NCBI GenBank assembly: GCA_036228265.1
Contig: JAZAOF010000085.1
Span: 1-61,901 of the forward strand
DNA: 61,901 nucleotides
Direction of reading: 5' to 3'
Source of the DNA: Myxococcota bacterium
GTDB taxonomy: Bacteria; Myxococcota_A; UBA9160; UBA4427
Shown: positions 30,799 to 41,228 of the stretch, in pieces
Layout: every line of letters starts with the position of its first letter
Position numbering within the stretch: the first letter of the stretch is position 1
Position numbers and translations under genes: made by a program
The notes under the pieces: generated by a model
What the model was told of the DNA's origin: nothing
Databases searched by the model: none
Seen by the model: the letters and a program-made list of their open reading frames with translations, nothing else

Positions 30799-31446
30799 AT
30801 GTCCGCCCCCCCTTCGATTGCGATTGTCGACTACGGAGCCGGAAACATTCGAAGCGTTGCGAAAGCGCTCGAAAGGTCGGAGTTGCAGCCGCGTGTCTCC
30901 CAGGATCCCTCCGAGGTCGTCGCGGCGGATGGAGTGATTCTCCCCGGGGTCGGCGCGTTCCGCGACGGCATGAGCCGCTTGCGAGATCTCGGTCTCGACG
31001 ATGCGATTCGGGAGGCGCTGGAGCGAGGACGTCCCTATCTCGGTCTTTGCCTCGGCTTGCAGGTTCTCTTCGACGAGAGTGATGAGCATGGGCGAACTCC
31101 GGGTTTCGGAGTCCTGCCCGGTCGCGTCGAGCGTTTCCCGGACCGGGATGTCTCTGGGGATCGGCTGCGGGTACCGCAGATCGGATGGAACGAGGTCCGT
31201 TTTTCGGGAGACCATCCGATGCTCACGAGCCTGCCGGAAACCGACTACTTCTACTTCGTCCATTCCTATCGATCGGTTCCGAGCGAGCCGGAACAAATCG
31301 TGGGAACGTCGGATTACGGAGGGCCGTTTGCGGCCGCTGTCGCCCGGGAAGGGGTTTTTGCCGTGCAGTTTCACCCGGAGAAAAGCCAGGCCGCGGGCAA
31401 GCGGCTGCTGGACGCTTACCGGTTGTGGGTGGAGGACATGCGTTGA
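30799..31446 (+). CDS. hisH: imidazole glycerol phosphate synthase, glutamine amidotransferase subunit
   Basis: IAIVDYGAGNIRSV, LPGVGAF, GLCLGLQ and VQFHPEKS motifs. Confidence 0.95.
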   Translation: MSAPPSIAIVDYGAGNIRSVAKALERSELQPRVSQDPSEVVAADGVILPGVGAFRDGMSRLRDLGLDDAIREALERGRPYLGLCLGLQVLFDESDEHGRTPGFGVLPGRVERFPDRDVSGDRLRVPQIGWNEVRFSGDHPMLTSLPETDYFYFVHSYRSVPSEPEQIVGTSDYGGPFAAAVAREGVFAVQFHPEKSQAAGKRLLDAYRLWVEDMR

Positions 31447-32195
31447 GCCGGTCGTCGGAGGCCCCTTTCGAGGTCATCCCGGCCATCGATCTGCTCGGGG
31501 GTGAGTGCGTCCGACTCTCCCAGGGCCGGTATGACCGGGCCACGACCTACGACGTGGATCCCGGGGCGGTCGCGGGGCGCTTTACAGCGACCGGCATTCG
31601 GCGCCTCCACGTGGTGGATCTCGATGGTGCACGGGACGGTCGCCCGGTGAACCAGTTGGCGATCGCCGCCATCGTGCGTGCGGCGGGAGACGTTCCCGTC
31701 CAACTCGGTGGGGGGATTCGAACGCTCGAAGCGGTCGAGGCGGCGCTGGAACTGGGTGTCGACCGCGTGATTCTGGGCACCGTGGCCTTGCGCGATCCCA
31801 CCCTGGTGCGTAGCGCCGCCGAACAGTTTTCGGGGCGCATTGTCGTGGGGATCGATGCGCGGGACGGGCGGGTAGCGGTTGAGGGGTGGATGGAGACGAG
31901 CGACGCACGAGCGGTCGACCTGGCCCGGAGTTTTGAAGAGGCCGGCGTTTCGGCGCTGATCTATACCGACATCGCCCGCGACGGGATGCTGACTGGGCCG
32001 AATCTCGACGCTACCGCGACGCTGGCCGATGTCGTGAGCATCCCCTAGAACGCTTCCGGCGGCGAGGGTTCAGAGAGCGACGTGGTTGCCGCCGCGGCCT
32101 TGGCGAATCGGGGGGTTTCCGGGGTTATCGTCGGTCGCGCGCTCTACACGGGTGCGGTGGGACTGGAGAGCGTCCTGGAGAAGATCGCATGTTGA
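31443..32195 (+). pseudogene. hisA: hisA (ProFAR isomerase) interrupted by one in-frame TAG at 32046-32048; the uninterrupted part is 31443-32048
   Basis: TTG 31443 overlaps the hisH stop (TTGA). N-terminus VIPAIDLLGGECVRL. After the TAG, the same frame encodes the conserved HisA C-terminus (ASGG...[12 protein letters not shown]...EKIAC). It ends at TGA 32193-32195, overlapping the hisF ATG. Confidence 0.85.
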
Positions 32196-32980
32196 CCAAG
32201 CGAATCATCCCCTGCCTCGATGTCGACAAGGGCCGGGTCGTCAAGGGCGTTCAATACGTGAACCACGTCGATGCGGGAGACCCTGTCGAGGTTGCGCAGA
32301 TCTACGATGCACAGGAAGCCGACGAGATCACGTTTCTCGACATCACGGCGAGTTCCGAGGAACGAGGGATTCTCCTGGACGTGGTTTCGCGCACCGCCGA
32401 AACGGTTTTCATGCCGCTGACGGTGGGTGGAGGCGTTCGCAGTCTCGACGACGTTCGCGATCTTCTCAACGCGGGCGCGGACAAGGTTTCGATCATGACC
32501 GCCGCGGTCGAGAATCCGGACTTGGTCGCGGAAGCGGCGATCAAGATCGGCAGCGCCAACCTCGTGGTCGCCATCGATGCCCGCCGTGTGGTTGACGAGG
32601 GAAAAAACCCCCGTTGGGAGGTCTGCACCCACGGTGGGCGAAGGCCGACAGGAATCGATGCCGTGGCCTGGGCTGCGAGAATGGCCGAAGCCGGGGCGGG
32701 CGAAATCCTTCTGACGAGCATGGATCGCGACGGCACCAAGAGCGGTTACGATCTGGAGCTGCTTCGCGCCACGGCGGAGGCGGTTTCCGTTCCCATCGTG
32801 GCCTCCGGTGGGGGCGGCAGCGCGGCGGACCTCGCGGCGGCCCTTGGCGAAGGGCCCGATGACGGTCATGCCCAGGCCGCCCTCGCGGCCTCCATATTCC
32901 ACTTCGGAGAGGTCACCGTGGGGGAGGTCAAGCGCGATCTCCTGGAGCGGGGGGTTTCGGTCCGGCCGCCCTCTTCTTGA
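32189..32980 (+). CDS. hisF: imidazole glycerol phosphate synthase, cyclase subunit
   Basis: [21 protein letters not shown] and IASGG-type motifs. Confidence 0.96.
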   Translation: MLTKRIIPCLDVDKGRVVKGVQYVNHVDAGDPVEVAQIYDAQEADEITFLDITASSEERGILLDVVSRTAETVFMPLTVGGGVRSLDDVRDLLNAGADKVSIMTAAVENPDLVAEAAIKIGSANLVVAIDARRVVDEGKNPRWEVCTHGGRRPTGIDAVAWAARMAEAGAGEILLTSMDRDGTKSGYDLELLRATAEAVSVPIVASGGGGSAADLAAALGEGPDDGHAQAALAASIFHFGEVTVGEVKRDLLERGVSVRPPSS

Positions 32981-33304
32981 TCGATTATTTGGCCTGCGCT
33001 AGGTTGTCTCGTTCGCCGAAGAAGTCGGGTTTCATGCTGCAAAATCGGCAACTTGCCGCAGCGCGTTATCCGCAGAGCAATGATTCGGACAGGCTCGAGA
33101 CCGGGGCGCCAGCAAGGTGCAACTTCCCCGGAACGTGCCGAAAATGACTCGGTGTTCTGGGTCGGCGAAACGAGAGTCGAGTTTTCATCAAATGACGGAT
33201 GAGATCCCCCCGCGCCGGCGGGAGAGTCCCATCCTGAGCCGGACAGGCGGAGTCTGGTCGCTTTTGCCTCCATCCGCCCAAGAATAACGGGAAAAGGGGT
33301 TTCG

Positions 33305-33502
33305 ATGTCAGTCATCAAGGTCAAGGACAACGAGTCGTTTGAGGTCGCGATGAAACGATTCAAGAAGTCCTGCGAGAAGGCTGGCATCCTGACCGAGTTG
33401 CGCCGCCGCGAGTACTACGACAAGCCGAGCATTCGCCTGAAGAAGAAGGCCGCTGCGGCTCGGAAACGAGCGCTGAAGAAGATGCGCCGGATGTCCAGGT
33501 AG
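33305..33502 (+). CDS. rpsU: 30S ribosomal protein S21
   Basis: [42 protein letters not shown]... Confidence 0.96.
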   Translation: MSVIKVKDNESFEVAMKRFKKSCEKAGILTELRRREYYDKPSIRLKKKAAAARKRALKKMRRMSR

Positions 33503-33622
33503 ACGTTCCGACCTGTTCGAGACTCCCCCCACTGTAGAGCCGTCAAAGCGTTTCGAGCGAGTAGAGCGAAGAGAACGTGTAAAGGTTTAGAGGGTTAAAA
33601 GTTCCGAAGGCCAAGGGGCTCC

Positions 33623-35440
33623 ATGGCTGCCATCCCCCAGTCCACGATCGATGAGATCAAGGACCGAGTCGACATCTCGGATGTCATCGGCCAATACGTT
33701 GTTCTGAAGCCCCAGAGCGGCGGTCGGAGTTGGAAGGGACTTTGTCCTTTTCACGACGAGAAGACGCCGTCGTTCAATGTGACTCCGGATCGTGGCACGT
33801 ACTATTGCTTCGGCTGTGGGGAGGGCGGAGACGTCATCGCCTTCTTGCAGAACAAGGAAAACCGGAGCTTTCCCGAGACCGTTCGCCAACTCGCCAAGGA
33901 ATGCGGAATCGCGATCCCGGAAGACGCCGGCCGAAGCGAGGACCGGGTGGGCCCGCTCTTCGAAGCCAACGAGCAGGCCCAGGAGTTCTTTCGAAGCCAG
34001 CTGGCGGGAGAACCGGGTGCCGAGGCACGCCGTTACCTCGAGGGTCGTGGACTCGACGCCGAGTCGATCGAGCACTTCGGTATCGGTTTCGCCCCAGATC
34101 GCTGGGATGGATTGGTTCGGCATCTCGGCCATGCCCAGGTATCTCTCGAGGCCGGTGAAAAAGCGGGCTTGTTGGCGCCGCCCAAGGAGTCCGGGCGCAG
34201 TCGCTACGATCGTTTTCGAGGCCGGGTGACATTCCCGATTTTCGACGTCAATCGACGAGTGATCGCGTTCGGCGGCCGGGCGCTCGGGAAGGATCAGCAG
34301 CCGAAGTACCTGAATTCGCCGGAGTCGCCTCTCTTCACGAAGCGGCGCGTGTTCTACGGGCTGTCTGAAGCGTTGGCCGCGATTCGAGAGAAGGGTCGGG
34401 TCGTACTCTGCGAGGGCTACTTCGACCGGATCGCCCTGGCGCGAGCGGGAATGACCGAGAGCGTAGCGACCTGCGGGACGGCCTTGACCGAGGAACACGC
34501 CGAGGAACTCCGGCGCAGGCGGGTCGTCGAGATCGTGCTGCTCTTCGACGGAGACGCCGCCGGCATGAAGGCGCTCGAACGTTCGCTAGGAGTCCTTCTT
34601 CCCCGGGGATTGCGAGTTCGCGGCGCGGTGCTTCCCGATGGCCACGACCCGGATTCCTATCTTGTCGAGCACGGCCACGAGTCACTGGGTTCCCTGGTCG
34701 ACCAAGCCCCCGATGCCTTCGAGATCCTTACGCGGCTGGCCGTCGAGCGGGGCACTTCTTCGCCGCGGGAGAAATCCGACGCGGTCAACTACCTGGCGAA
34801 TTTCGTGGTTCTCGTGCCCGATCCGGTGGAATCCGACGAGCATGTGAGACGAATTGCGATGGCCCTGGGCGCCGATCCCGAGTCCGTCGGCGAGCTCGTG
34901 CGGTCTGCGCGTCGGTCGTCGCGTTCACCGGAGACGCGGAGTGCGCGCGAGGATCTCCGGGTCGAACCGCGGAAACACGAAGACGAGCAGAGACACCTCG
35001 AGGGCATCGTGGTCCTCGTGGCCAATCATGCCGTGCTCGCCCAATCGGCGCTGCGCCCGCGCATCGAGGGTGACCTGCCGAACGGGGCGTGGAAGGCACT
35101 GCTCGGGAGTCTCCTCGAGGCGGCGGATAGCGGGCGCGTGGACGCCGAAGGTCGGGTTGATTTTTCCGCCGTTCTCGACGAACTCGATAGCGATGCGCGA
35201 AATCGCCTCGCGAAAATTGCGACTCTTCGGTTGCCACCGCCGAGAGACGTATCTCCCGAAGAAGAACTCGGCCAACGTCTCGAATGGTTCGAGCGGATGC
35301 GTCAGCGGAAAGAAGCTTCCGAGCTGACGAAAAAATTGTCCAATCCATCGGAAGACGCCGATTCTGTACTCGCTGAGAAACAGCGATTGATCGAAGCACG
35401 ACGAGCTGCCCAGGGCCTGGACCCGGGAGCGATGCCGTAA
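33623..35440 (+). CDS. dnaG: DNA primase
   Basis: Zinc-finger [11 protein letters not shown]...[11 protein letters not shown] and the TOPRIM region (LCEGYFD, FDGDAAG). Confidence 0.95.
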   Translation: MAAIPQSTIDEIKDRVDISDVIGQYVVLKPQSGGRSWKGLCPFHDEKTPSFNVTPDRGTYYCFGCGEGGDVIAFLQNKENRSFPETVRQLAKECGIAIPEDAGRSEDRVGPLFEANEQAQEFFRSQLAGEPGAEARRYLEGRGLDAESIEHFGIGFAPDRWDGLVRHLGHAQVSLEAGEKAGLLAPPKESGRSRYDRFRGRVTFPIFDVNRRVIAFGGRALGKDQQPKYLNSPESPLFTKRRVFYGLSEALAAIREKGRVVLCEGYFDRIALARAGMTESVATCGTALTEEHAEELRRRRVVEIVLLFDGDAAGMKALERSLGVLLPRGLRVRGAVLPDGHDPDSYLVEHGHESLGSLVDQAPDAFEILTRLAVERGTSSPREKSDAVNYLANFVVLVPDPVESDEHVRRIAMALGADPESVGELVRSARRSSRSPETRSAREDLRVEPRKHEDEQRHLEGIVVLVANHAVLAQSALRPRIEGDLPNGAWKALLGSLLEAADSGRVDAEGRVDFSAVLDELDSDARNRLAKIATLRLPPPRDVSPEEELGQRLEWFERMRQRKEASELTKKLSNPSEDADSVLAEKQRLIEARRAAQGLDPGAMP

Positions 35441-35490
35441 GAACTGCAAGACAACGGACGGAGTCCCGCGATTCCGGCCGAGGAGCCTTC

Positions 35491-37311
35491 ATGCCCCCCC
35501 AATCCTCCAATCCCTCGACTCCTGCAGCGACGCTCGTGTCGCTCGATGAGCGCCGCGAGAAATCCGAGGGGATTCTTGAAAACGAACCCGAACTCGGCGG
35601 CGACGTCGATGCCCTCCTGGAGTCCGATGGGCTGCGGGATCTCGTCGAGGACGGGATGCAACTGGGTGAGCTGAAGAGGAGAGACCTCCTTGCCCGACTT
35701 CGCGAGTCGGGAGAGGGGATTCACCAGTTGCCGTTCGTGATCAGCGCACTCGAAGATCGAGGGATCGCGGTCGTTTCCACCACTCGCGAATCGTCCACGG
35801 GGAGGAGTGCGGCACCGGCTTCTGAAAAGGGCCAGAGTGCCGATCCGGTTCGAGCCTATCTCCGCGAGATGGGCCAGGTCTCTCTCTTGACCCGGGAGGG
35901 CGAAGTCTCCATCGCGAAGCGGATCGAGTCCGGTCTGCACGATCAATATCTAGCGGCGTTGGGGACGCCCTTTGGTCTCGCCTGGGTGATTCAACTGGGA
36001 GAGTCGTTCCGCGCGGGAGAAATTTCGCTGCGAAAAATAGTCGACGGGGTCGATGACGAGAAGTCGCCGCCGCCGGAGATCTGGCGGGACAGTCTACTGG
36101 AGACCTTTGATCGAATTCAGGAAATTGAGATCGAGATTACGAAGAAGCAGAACTCGATGCTCAATGCCCGAACCACGGACAGTACCCGAACGCGGCTTGC
36201 GGGTGAAATCCAGGTGCTGATGTACAGCGCGTTCGAGATGCTCCTGGCCCAGCGGTTTTCCCGAGCACGCGTTCACGACCTGATCCGGGCCTTCGAAGAA
36301 CTCGCGGTGGATTACGCTTCGATCCATTCTCGCATGCAGTCGATTTCGCGTCCCTTCGGGCTGACGCCCGACGAGTTTACGGAAGCCGCGCTCCTTTCTT
36401 CTCGGCGGAGTACTCGAGGTCGAGCCATGATGGCGGAGCTCGGAAACGATCCTGTGCGCGTTGCCGCCGCGCGGGACGAACTCGACGATTACGTTCGGGA
36501 TCTGAGCAAGCTCGAAAGCCATATTCGCATGCGGCGCGCCGAGGTTCTTGCCGTTCGAGAGAAGATTTCCAACGCGGCGAACCGCTACGAGATCGCCAAG
36601 AGCGAGTTGGTCGAGGCCAACTTGCGTCTCGTCGTTTCCATCGCGAAACGCTACACGAATCGCGGACTGCAGTTTCTCGACCTGATCCAGGAGGGAAACA
36701 TCGGCTTGATGAAGGCCGTGGACAAGTTCGAGTACCAGCGCGGTTACAAATTTTCGACCTATGCCACGTGGTGGATTCGGCAGGCCATTACCCGGGCCAT
36801 CGCCGACCAGGCTCGAACGATTCGGGTTCCCGTTCACATGATCGAAACCATTAACCGGCTCGTGCGGGCCACGCGCCACCTGGTGCAGGTCCTGGGTCGC
36901 GAACCCACCGGAGAAGAACTCTCCGACCGGCTCGAGTTGCCGCTCGAAAAGGTCCGCGCGGTTCTCAAGATCGCCAAGGAGCCGATCAGCCTGGAAACTC
37001 CCGTTGGGGACGAAGACGAAAGCCACATCGGCGACTTCATCGAAGATCCCGCTGCGGTGAGTCCCCAGGAAGCCGTGATCCACGCGAGCCTCGCGGAACA
37101 CACGCGGGAAGCCCTGGATACGCTCGCTCCCCGGGAGGCCAAGGTGTTGCGCATGCGGTTTGGAATTGGCGAGGCGGCCAACTACACGCTGGAAGAGGTG
37201 GGTCGCGACTTCGACGTCACGCGGGAGCGGATACGGCAGATCGAGGCGAAGGCTCTTCGAAAGCTGCGCCATCCGACGCGGAGCCGCACGTTGAAGGCGT
37301 TCCTCGACTAG
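35491..37311 (+). CDS. rpoD: RNA polymerase sigma factor RpoD (sigma-70)
   Basis: Region 1.2 [11 protein letters not shown]. Region 2 [58 protein letters not shown]. Region 4 [30 protein letters not shown]. Confidence 0.97.
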   Translation: MPPQSSNPSTPAATLVSLDERREKSEGILENEPELGGDVDALLESDGLRDLVEDGMQLGELKRRDLLARLRESGEGIHQLPFVISALEDRGIAVVSTTRESSTGRSAAPASEKGQSADPVRAYLREMGQVSLLTREGEVSIAKRIESGLHDQYLAALGTPFGLAWVIQLGESFRAGEISLRKIVDGVDDEKSPPPEIWRDSLLETFDRIQEIEIEITKKQNSMLNARTTDSTRTRLAGEIQVLMYSAFEMLLAQRFSRARVHDLIRAFEELAVDYASIHSRMQSISRPFGLTPDEFTEAALLSSRRSTRGRAMMAELGNDPVRVAAARDELDDYVRDLSKLESHIRMRRAEVLAVREKISNAANRYEIAKSELVEANLRLVVSIAKRYTNRGLQFLDLIQEGNIGLMKAVDKFEYQRGYKFSTYATWWIRQAITRAIADQARTIRVPVHMIETINRLVRATRHLVQVLGREPTGEELSDRLELPLEKVRAVLKIAKEPISLETPVGDEDESHIGDFIEDPAAVSPQEAVIHASLAEHTREALDTLAPREAKVLRMRFGIGEAANYTLEEVGRDFDVTRERIRQIEAKALRKLRHPTRSRTLKAFLD

Positions 37312-37333
37312 GACTCTCTCGATCGGCCTTCGA

Positions 37334-38758
37334 TCAGGAGGGATCGTTCGGCGACACCTTGGCCAGCCAGCCAGCAAGGTCGTTGTCGTATCCCACGCTC
37401 GCCTGCCGCGCCGCTACGCGCTCGAGGATGCTGCGCAGGGTTTCCGCCGAAACGCCGGGCCCCCCGGCCACGGTGGCCGCGACTTCCTCCGCCTGTTTCT
37501 CGGTGATCTCCGAAACGACATCGAGTGCGTCCTCTTCTCCCGCGTGGCTTTCTCCGATTCCAAGGAACTGCTCGATGGCAGTCTCGGACACCAGGGCGGC
37601 ATGCTTTCTCGAGGCGACGATGTTGCCTTTTCCGGTGACGACGTTGCCCACCGAGAAGACCGTCGGGTAGGCATCGAGGCGCCCGACATCCCAGTCGCTG
37701 AAGTTGAAGAGTTCGCCCCTCATCTCGATTCCGGCAATGGCCTCGGGAATGCTTCCGATGGAGGAGAAGATGCACGAACCGCGGCGTTCGAAGGTCTCGT
37801 CCTCCATCTGAACCCGGCCGTTCTCGATGCGGGTCCGGCGAAAACGAATTCCGACGAGGCGATCGTTTTCGACGAGTGCTGCGTCGGGGGCGCATAGGGG
37901 TTCCATCTTGAAACGGAACTTGGTCATGGCTTTTTCAAGGATCTTGCGTCTCCCCCCGCGCACTTTTTTGGCGCGCTCGGGAGTCGCTCCATCGGGGATT
38001 TCCGAAAGGGGCATGTCCTCGATGTCACGTCGATAGAAGATCGTGCAACCTGCAAGTTCAAGGTCTTCGAAGGTGAGGTCGAAACCCGCGAGGATTTTCG
38101 GAATGCCCTTGACCTCGAGGTTCTCGATCGAAACGTCGATGGAACGATCGGCCAGGCGCGCTCGCGTGGTTTCCAGCATCAAGACCTTGGCGACGTCGAT
38201 CGACGCCAACCCCCCCCCGACCACGATCGCGCCGTCGGGATACTCGTAGCGCCGTCCGTCGTATCCGGGTTCGTCCTCGTGATTGAAAGCGATGATGAAC
38301 GGGTTCTGGTAGACGAGGCCCTTGTCGATATAGGCATCGATCCCCTCGATGGGAAGAGATCGGTCGTTCCAGGCGCCGTTGGCGAGGACCACCGCGCTAA
38401 AACCCCAGCCCTCCACGAGTTCGGGAAAATCGATGTCTCGGCCAATCTTCGTGTTGGGGACGAAGTGCACACCCTCGCGGCCTAGCTTTTCACGGATCGT
38501 CGCGTATTCCTTGTCACGGAGGTTCACGTGCCAGCGGGGCAGGCCGTCCTCGATTTTTCCAAAAGGACGAGGGTTTTGTTCAAAGACCACGACCGTCGCC
38601 CCGCGGTCGGCGAGGCGCGCCGACACCTCGGCTCCCGCAGTGGCTCCCCCGATGACCGCGACACAGGGGCTCTCGGATTTCCTTGAAACGTCGGGCATCG
38701 CTCCCATGGTGCCAACTTCGCGACGGAGGGACAACGCCGGGCGGGTGCAAAACCTCAT
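37334..38758 (-). CDS. FAD/NAD(P)-binding oxidoreductase (GltD / adrenodoxin-reductase-like)
   Basis: VAVIGGATAG dinucleotide motif followed by FGKIEDGLPRWH. Second Rossmann motif VVGGGLASID. The start may be ATG 38707 or 38698 instead of 38758. Confidence 0.6.
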   Translation of the reverse strand: MRFCTRPALSLRREVGTMGAMPDVSRKSESPCVAVIGGATAGAEVSARLADRGATVVVFEQNPRPFGKIEDGLPRWHVNLRDKEYATIREKLGREGVHFVPNTKIGRDIDFPELVEGWGFSAVVLANGAWNDRSLPIEGIDAYIDKGLVYQNPFIIAFNHEDEPGYDGRRYEYPDGAIVVGGGLASIDVAKVLMLETTRARLADRSIDVSIENLEVKGIPKILAGFDLTFEDLELAGCTIFYRRDIEDMPLSEIPDGATPERAKKVRGGRRKILEKAMTKFRFKMEPLCAPDAALVENDRLVGIRFRRTRIENGRVQMEDETFERRGSCIFSSIGSIPEAIAGIEMRGELFNFSDWDVGRLDAYPTVFSVGNVVTGKGNIVASRKHAALVSETAIEQFLGIGESHAGEEDALDVVSEITEKQAEEVAATVAGGPGVSAETLRSILERVAARQASVGYDNDLAGWLAKVSPNDPS

Positions 38759-38806
38759 GGAGGGTTGGAGGTCGCCTGCCCCGAGGATTGTCTAGACTCT
38801 AGATGC

Positions 38807-38879
38807 GGGCCCTTAGCTCAGCGGTTAGAGCAACCGGCTCATAACCGGACGGTCCCTGGTTCGATTCCAGGAGGGCCCA
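38807..38879 (+). tRNA. tRNA with CAT anticodon (Met by anticodon; features suggest the lysidine-modified tRNA-Ile2 class)
   Basis: Cloverleaf by hand. Acceptor GGGCCCT/AGGGCCC, D arm GCTC-AGCGGTTA-GAGC, anticodon arm CCGG-CTCATAA-CCGG, T arm CCTGG-TTCGATT-CCAGG, discriminator A. The 3' CC(T) means CCA is only partly encoded. Confidence 0.9.
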
Positions 38880-39037
38880 CCTCCTTTTCCGCAGGACGGC
38901 AACGTCGTGCGGGCGCGCTCGCCCCTCTGGCAGGGCCCGGTCGGCCGAAAATTGCGGGCTGCAGCCCGCCCCCATATGCTCGGTGGCGAAGCTCATGCCT
39001 GTTCTCGTCGATAGACCGGATAAGCAGGAGGGGATTC

Positions 39038-40261
39038 ATGACTGTCGATATGAGAACGCGAGTCGATAGCGAGCAAACGCCGGTCACGGCCAGCGCTTTC
39101 TTCGGCGAAACCCTGCCGCCGCTCCTCGATGCCCACCAGGCGAAAATTGCACCCGGTGCGCGGGAGCTCGTGCTGAAGGATTTCTGTATCGAAACCGAGG
39201 GCGAGCCCTTCACACTTCGGTATGGCGAAGATCGCGTTCGGGTAGAGCCGGGGAGCCGGGGGCAGGTCCGTGCCCGGTTGACGCGCCAACAACTCAGCGA
39301 CCTGGTGAACGACCAGAGCACGCCGGTGGCGTGGATGAGCAACCGCGTGCTCGACATGCCCGAGGGCGGGCTAGCGGACTTTTTGAACTGGTGGCTGGTT
39401 TTGCGCGCGGCGCTCGATGGTCGCCGCATTCACGCCCGTGGCGACGTGCGCTTCGATCGCGAGATCCGCCAAAGCTTCACGCCCGAGGATTCCGACGAGG
39501 ACATGCGCGCTTTTCTCGAAGAGGCGGGCTACCTGCACATCCAGGGCCTCTTTTCCGAAGAAGAGATGGCGGCCGTGGAGGCAGATTTCCCCAGTGCCGC
39601 TGCGCATTTTGAAAAGGGCAATCCCCGGGGCTGGTTCGCCACGACGAAGAACGGTGGCGAACAACTGGTGCGGATGGAGGGTTTTGATCGCTACAGCGAC
39701 ACCACGGTTTCGCTCATCGACGAAGACCGCTTCCTGCGCATCGGGCGTATTCCGGGTTTGGGCCACGAGCCCCGCCGCGCGTCCGGGAGCCGGGTGAGCG
39801 CTCTCAATAAACCGATTGGCGTGGTGAAGGGGATCTCGGACGTTCCCTGGCACAAGGACTGCAGCCTGGGCCGCCACTCCTACGAGTGTTGCTCGATGAC
39901 GGTGGGGATTTCGGTGACCGGTGCCGACGCGAAATCCGGGCAGTTGCGGGTGCTTCCGGGCAGTCACCGCGCACTGGTCTGGCCGGCTCCGGCGATGCAA
40001 CCCGGGATCGATCTCACGCCCGTGGATCTGCCGACGAAAACCGGCGACGTGACGGTGCACCTCAGCTGTACCCAGCACATGAGCCAGCCACCCGTCGAGC
40101 GCACGCGGAAGGTGCTCTACACCGGCTTTGCCCAGAAGCCCGTTGACCCCGAGTCGGCGGAGAAAAATCGCCAGCGCCTGAACGCGGTGCGCAGCAAGAC
40201 GCACACGAGCATTTCCCAGGAACCCGGTTACCTCGGGAACGCTCCGGACGGCACAGACTAG
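39038..40261 (+). CDS. phytanoyl-CoA dioxygenase (PhyH) family Fe(II)/2-oxoglutarate oxygenase with an N-terminal extra domain
   Basis: ATG 39038 is preceded by AGGAGGGG. VPWHKDCS (HxD) and GDVTVHLSCTQH (distal His) motifs. The upstream part of ORF 38765-40261 covers the tRNA and is not coding. Confidence 0.65.
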   Translation: MTVDMRTRVDSEQTPVTASAFFGETLPPLLDAHQAKIAPGARELVLKDFCIETEGEPFTLRYGEDRVRVEPGSRGQVRARLTRQQLSDLVNDQSTPVAWMSNRVLDMPEGGLADFLNWWLVLRAALDGRRIHARGDVRFDREIRQSFTPEDSDEDMRAFLEEAGYLHIQGLFSEEEMAAVEADFPSAAAHFEKGNPRGWFATTKNGGEQLVRMEGFDRYSDTTVSLIDEDRFLRIGRIPGLGHEPRRASGSRVSALNKPIGVVKGISDVPWHKDCSLGRHSYECCSMTVGISVTGADAKSGQLRVLPGSHRALVWPAPAMQPGIDLTPVDLPTKTGDVTVHLSCTQHMSQPPVERTRKVLYTGFAQKPVDPESAEKNRQRLNAVRSKTHTSISQEPGYLGNAPDGTD

Positions 40262-40282
40262 GTCCGAAGGGCCCGCAGGGTC

Positions 40283-41158
40283 CTATTCCGGTGCGAGTGT
40301 TCCCGCGAGACCTTCGCGGCCGTGCATGGCTTCGGCGAACTGCAGGAAGGACGGGCCGCGGCGGAGGTGGTGGCCGCCGTCGACGTCGATCGCGGTTCCG
40401 GTAACCCAGCGCGCCTCGGGGCCGACGAGAAATCGACACAGAGAGGCCACGTCCGCGCCATGGCCTACGTCACCGAGCGGTGTGTTCTCGATGTAGCTGC
40501 GAAAGACATCGCTGTCTCTCGGGATGGCGGACATGATCTCTGTTTCGATGAAGCCGGGACGAACGGCGTTGAAGCGGATGCGCGAGGGGCCGTACTCGTC
40601 GGCGGCGTTTCGCATCATCTCCTCGATGCCCGCCTTGCCCACCGTGTAGGCCCCGAAGTACGGATGAGTCACGTGACCCGCAATGGAACTCATGCCGACG
40701 AAAGAGCCGCCTCCGGCTTTTCTCATCCAGGCAACGGTGTGCTTTACGCAAAGCAGGGTGCCCAGGACATTGAGGTGCAGCACGCGGAGGAATTCGTCCA
40801 CGTCCTGTAGGGCGTAGGGGGCCATCGCACCGCCGCCTCCCGCGTTGGCAATGCAGCCGTTGAGCGACCCGGTGCCTGCAGCAGCTTTCGCGACAGCGGA
40901 CTCCACGGAAGACTCGTCCGTCACGTCGGCGACCACGATCTGGACCGAACCCCCAAAGCCTGCCGCAGCCGCGATTCGCTCGGCCGCTTCCTCCAGTCGC
41001 TCTGCAGTTCGGCCACAGATGGTGACCGCCGCTCCATCCGCCGCCAGCGCAGCGGCGCAGGCTCGACCGATTCCCGTACCGCCTCCGGTAACGAGAAAGG
41101 CGGTCCCTTCAAGGCCGCCTGAGGCGCGGGCAACGGGTTCGGCTTCGACAGGCGGCAT
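40283..41158 (-). CDS. SDR family oxidoreductase
   Basis: VTGGGTGIGRA, NAGGGG and YTVGKAGIEEM (YxxxK) motifs. ATG 41158 is preceded by AGGAGA. Confidence 0.85.
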   Translation of the reverse strand: MPPVEAEPVARASGGLEGTAFLVTGGGTGIGRACAAALAADGAAVTICGRTAERLEEAAERIAAAAGFGGSVQIVVADVTDESSVESAVAKAAAGTGSLNGCIANAGGGGAMAPYALQDVDEFLRVLHLNVLGTLLCVKHTVAWMRKAGGGSFVGMSSIAGHVTHPYFGAYTVGKAGIEEMMRNAADEYGPSRIRFNAVRPGFIETEIMSAIPRDSDVFRSYIENTPLGDVGHGADVASLCRFLVGPEARWVTGTAIDVDGGHHLRRGPSFLQFAEAMHGREGLAGTLAPE

Positions 41159-41228
41159 CGTAGGATCTCCTTGGTCGCGGTACGCGAAAGCGAAACCTAG
41201 CTCGCGACGAACCGAAACGCCGGGTGGG

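Noticed and set aside
32866-33387. 173-aa minus-strand ORF spanning the hisF-rpsU spacer and the start of rpsU.
   Set aside because: It overlaps two well-supported genes and has no recognisable motif. The 324-bp spacer (32981-33304) is more plausibly the rpsU-dnaG-rpoD promoter/leader region. I could not identify a specific RNA element in it.
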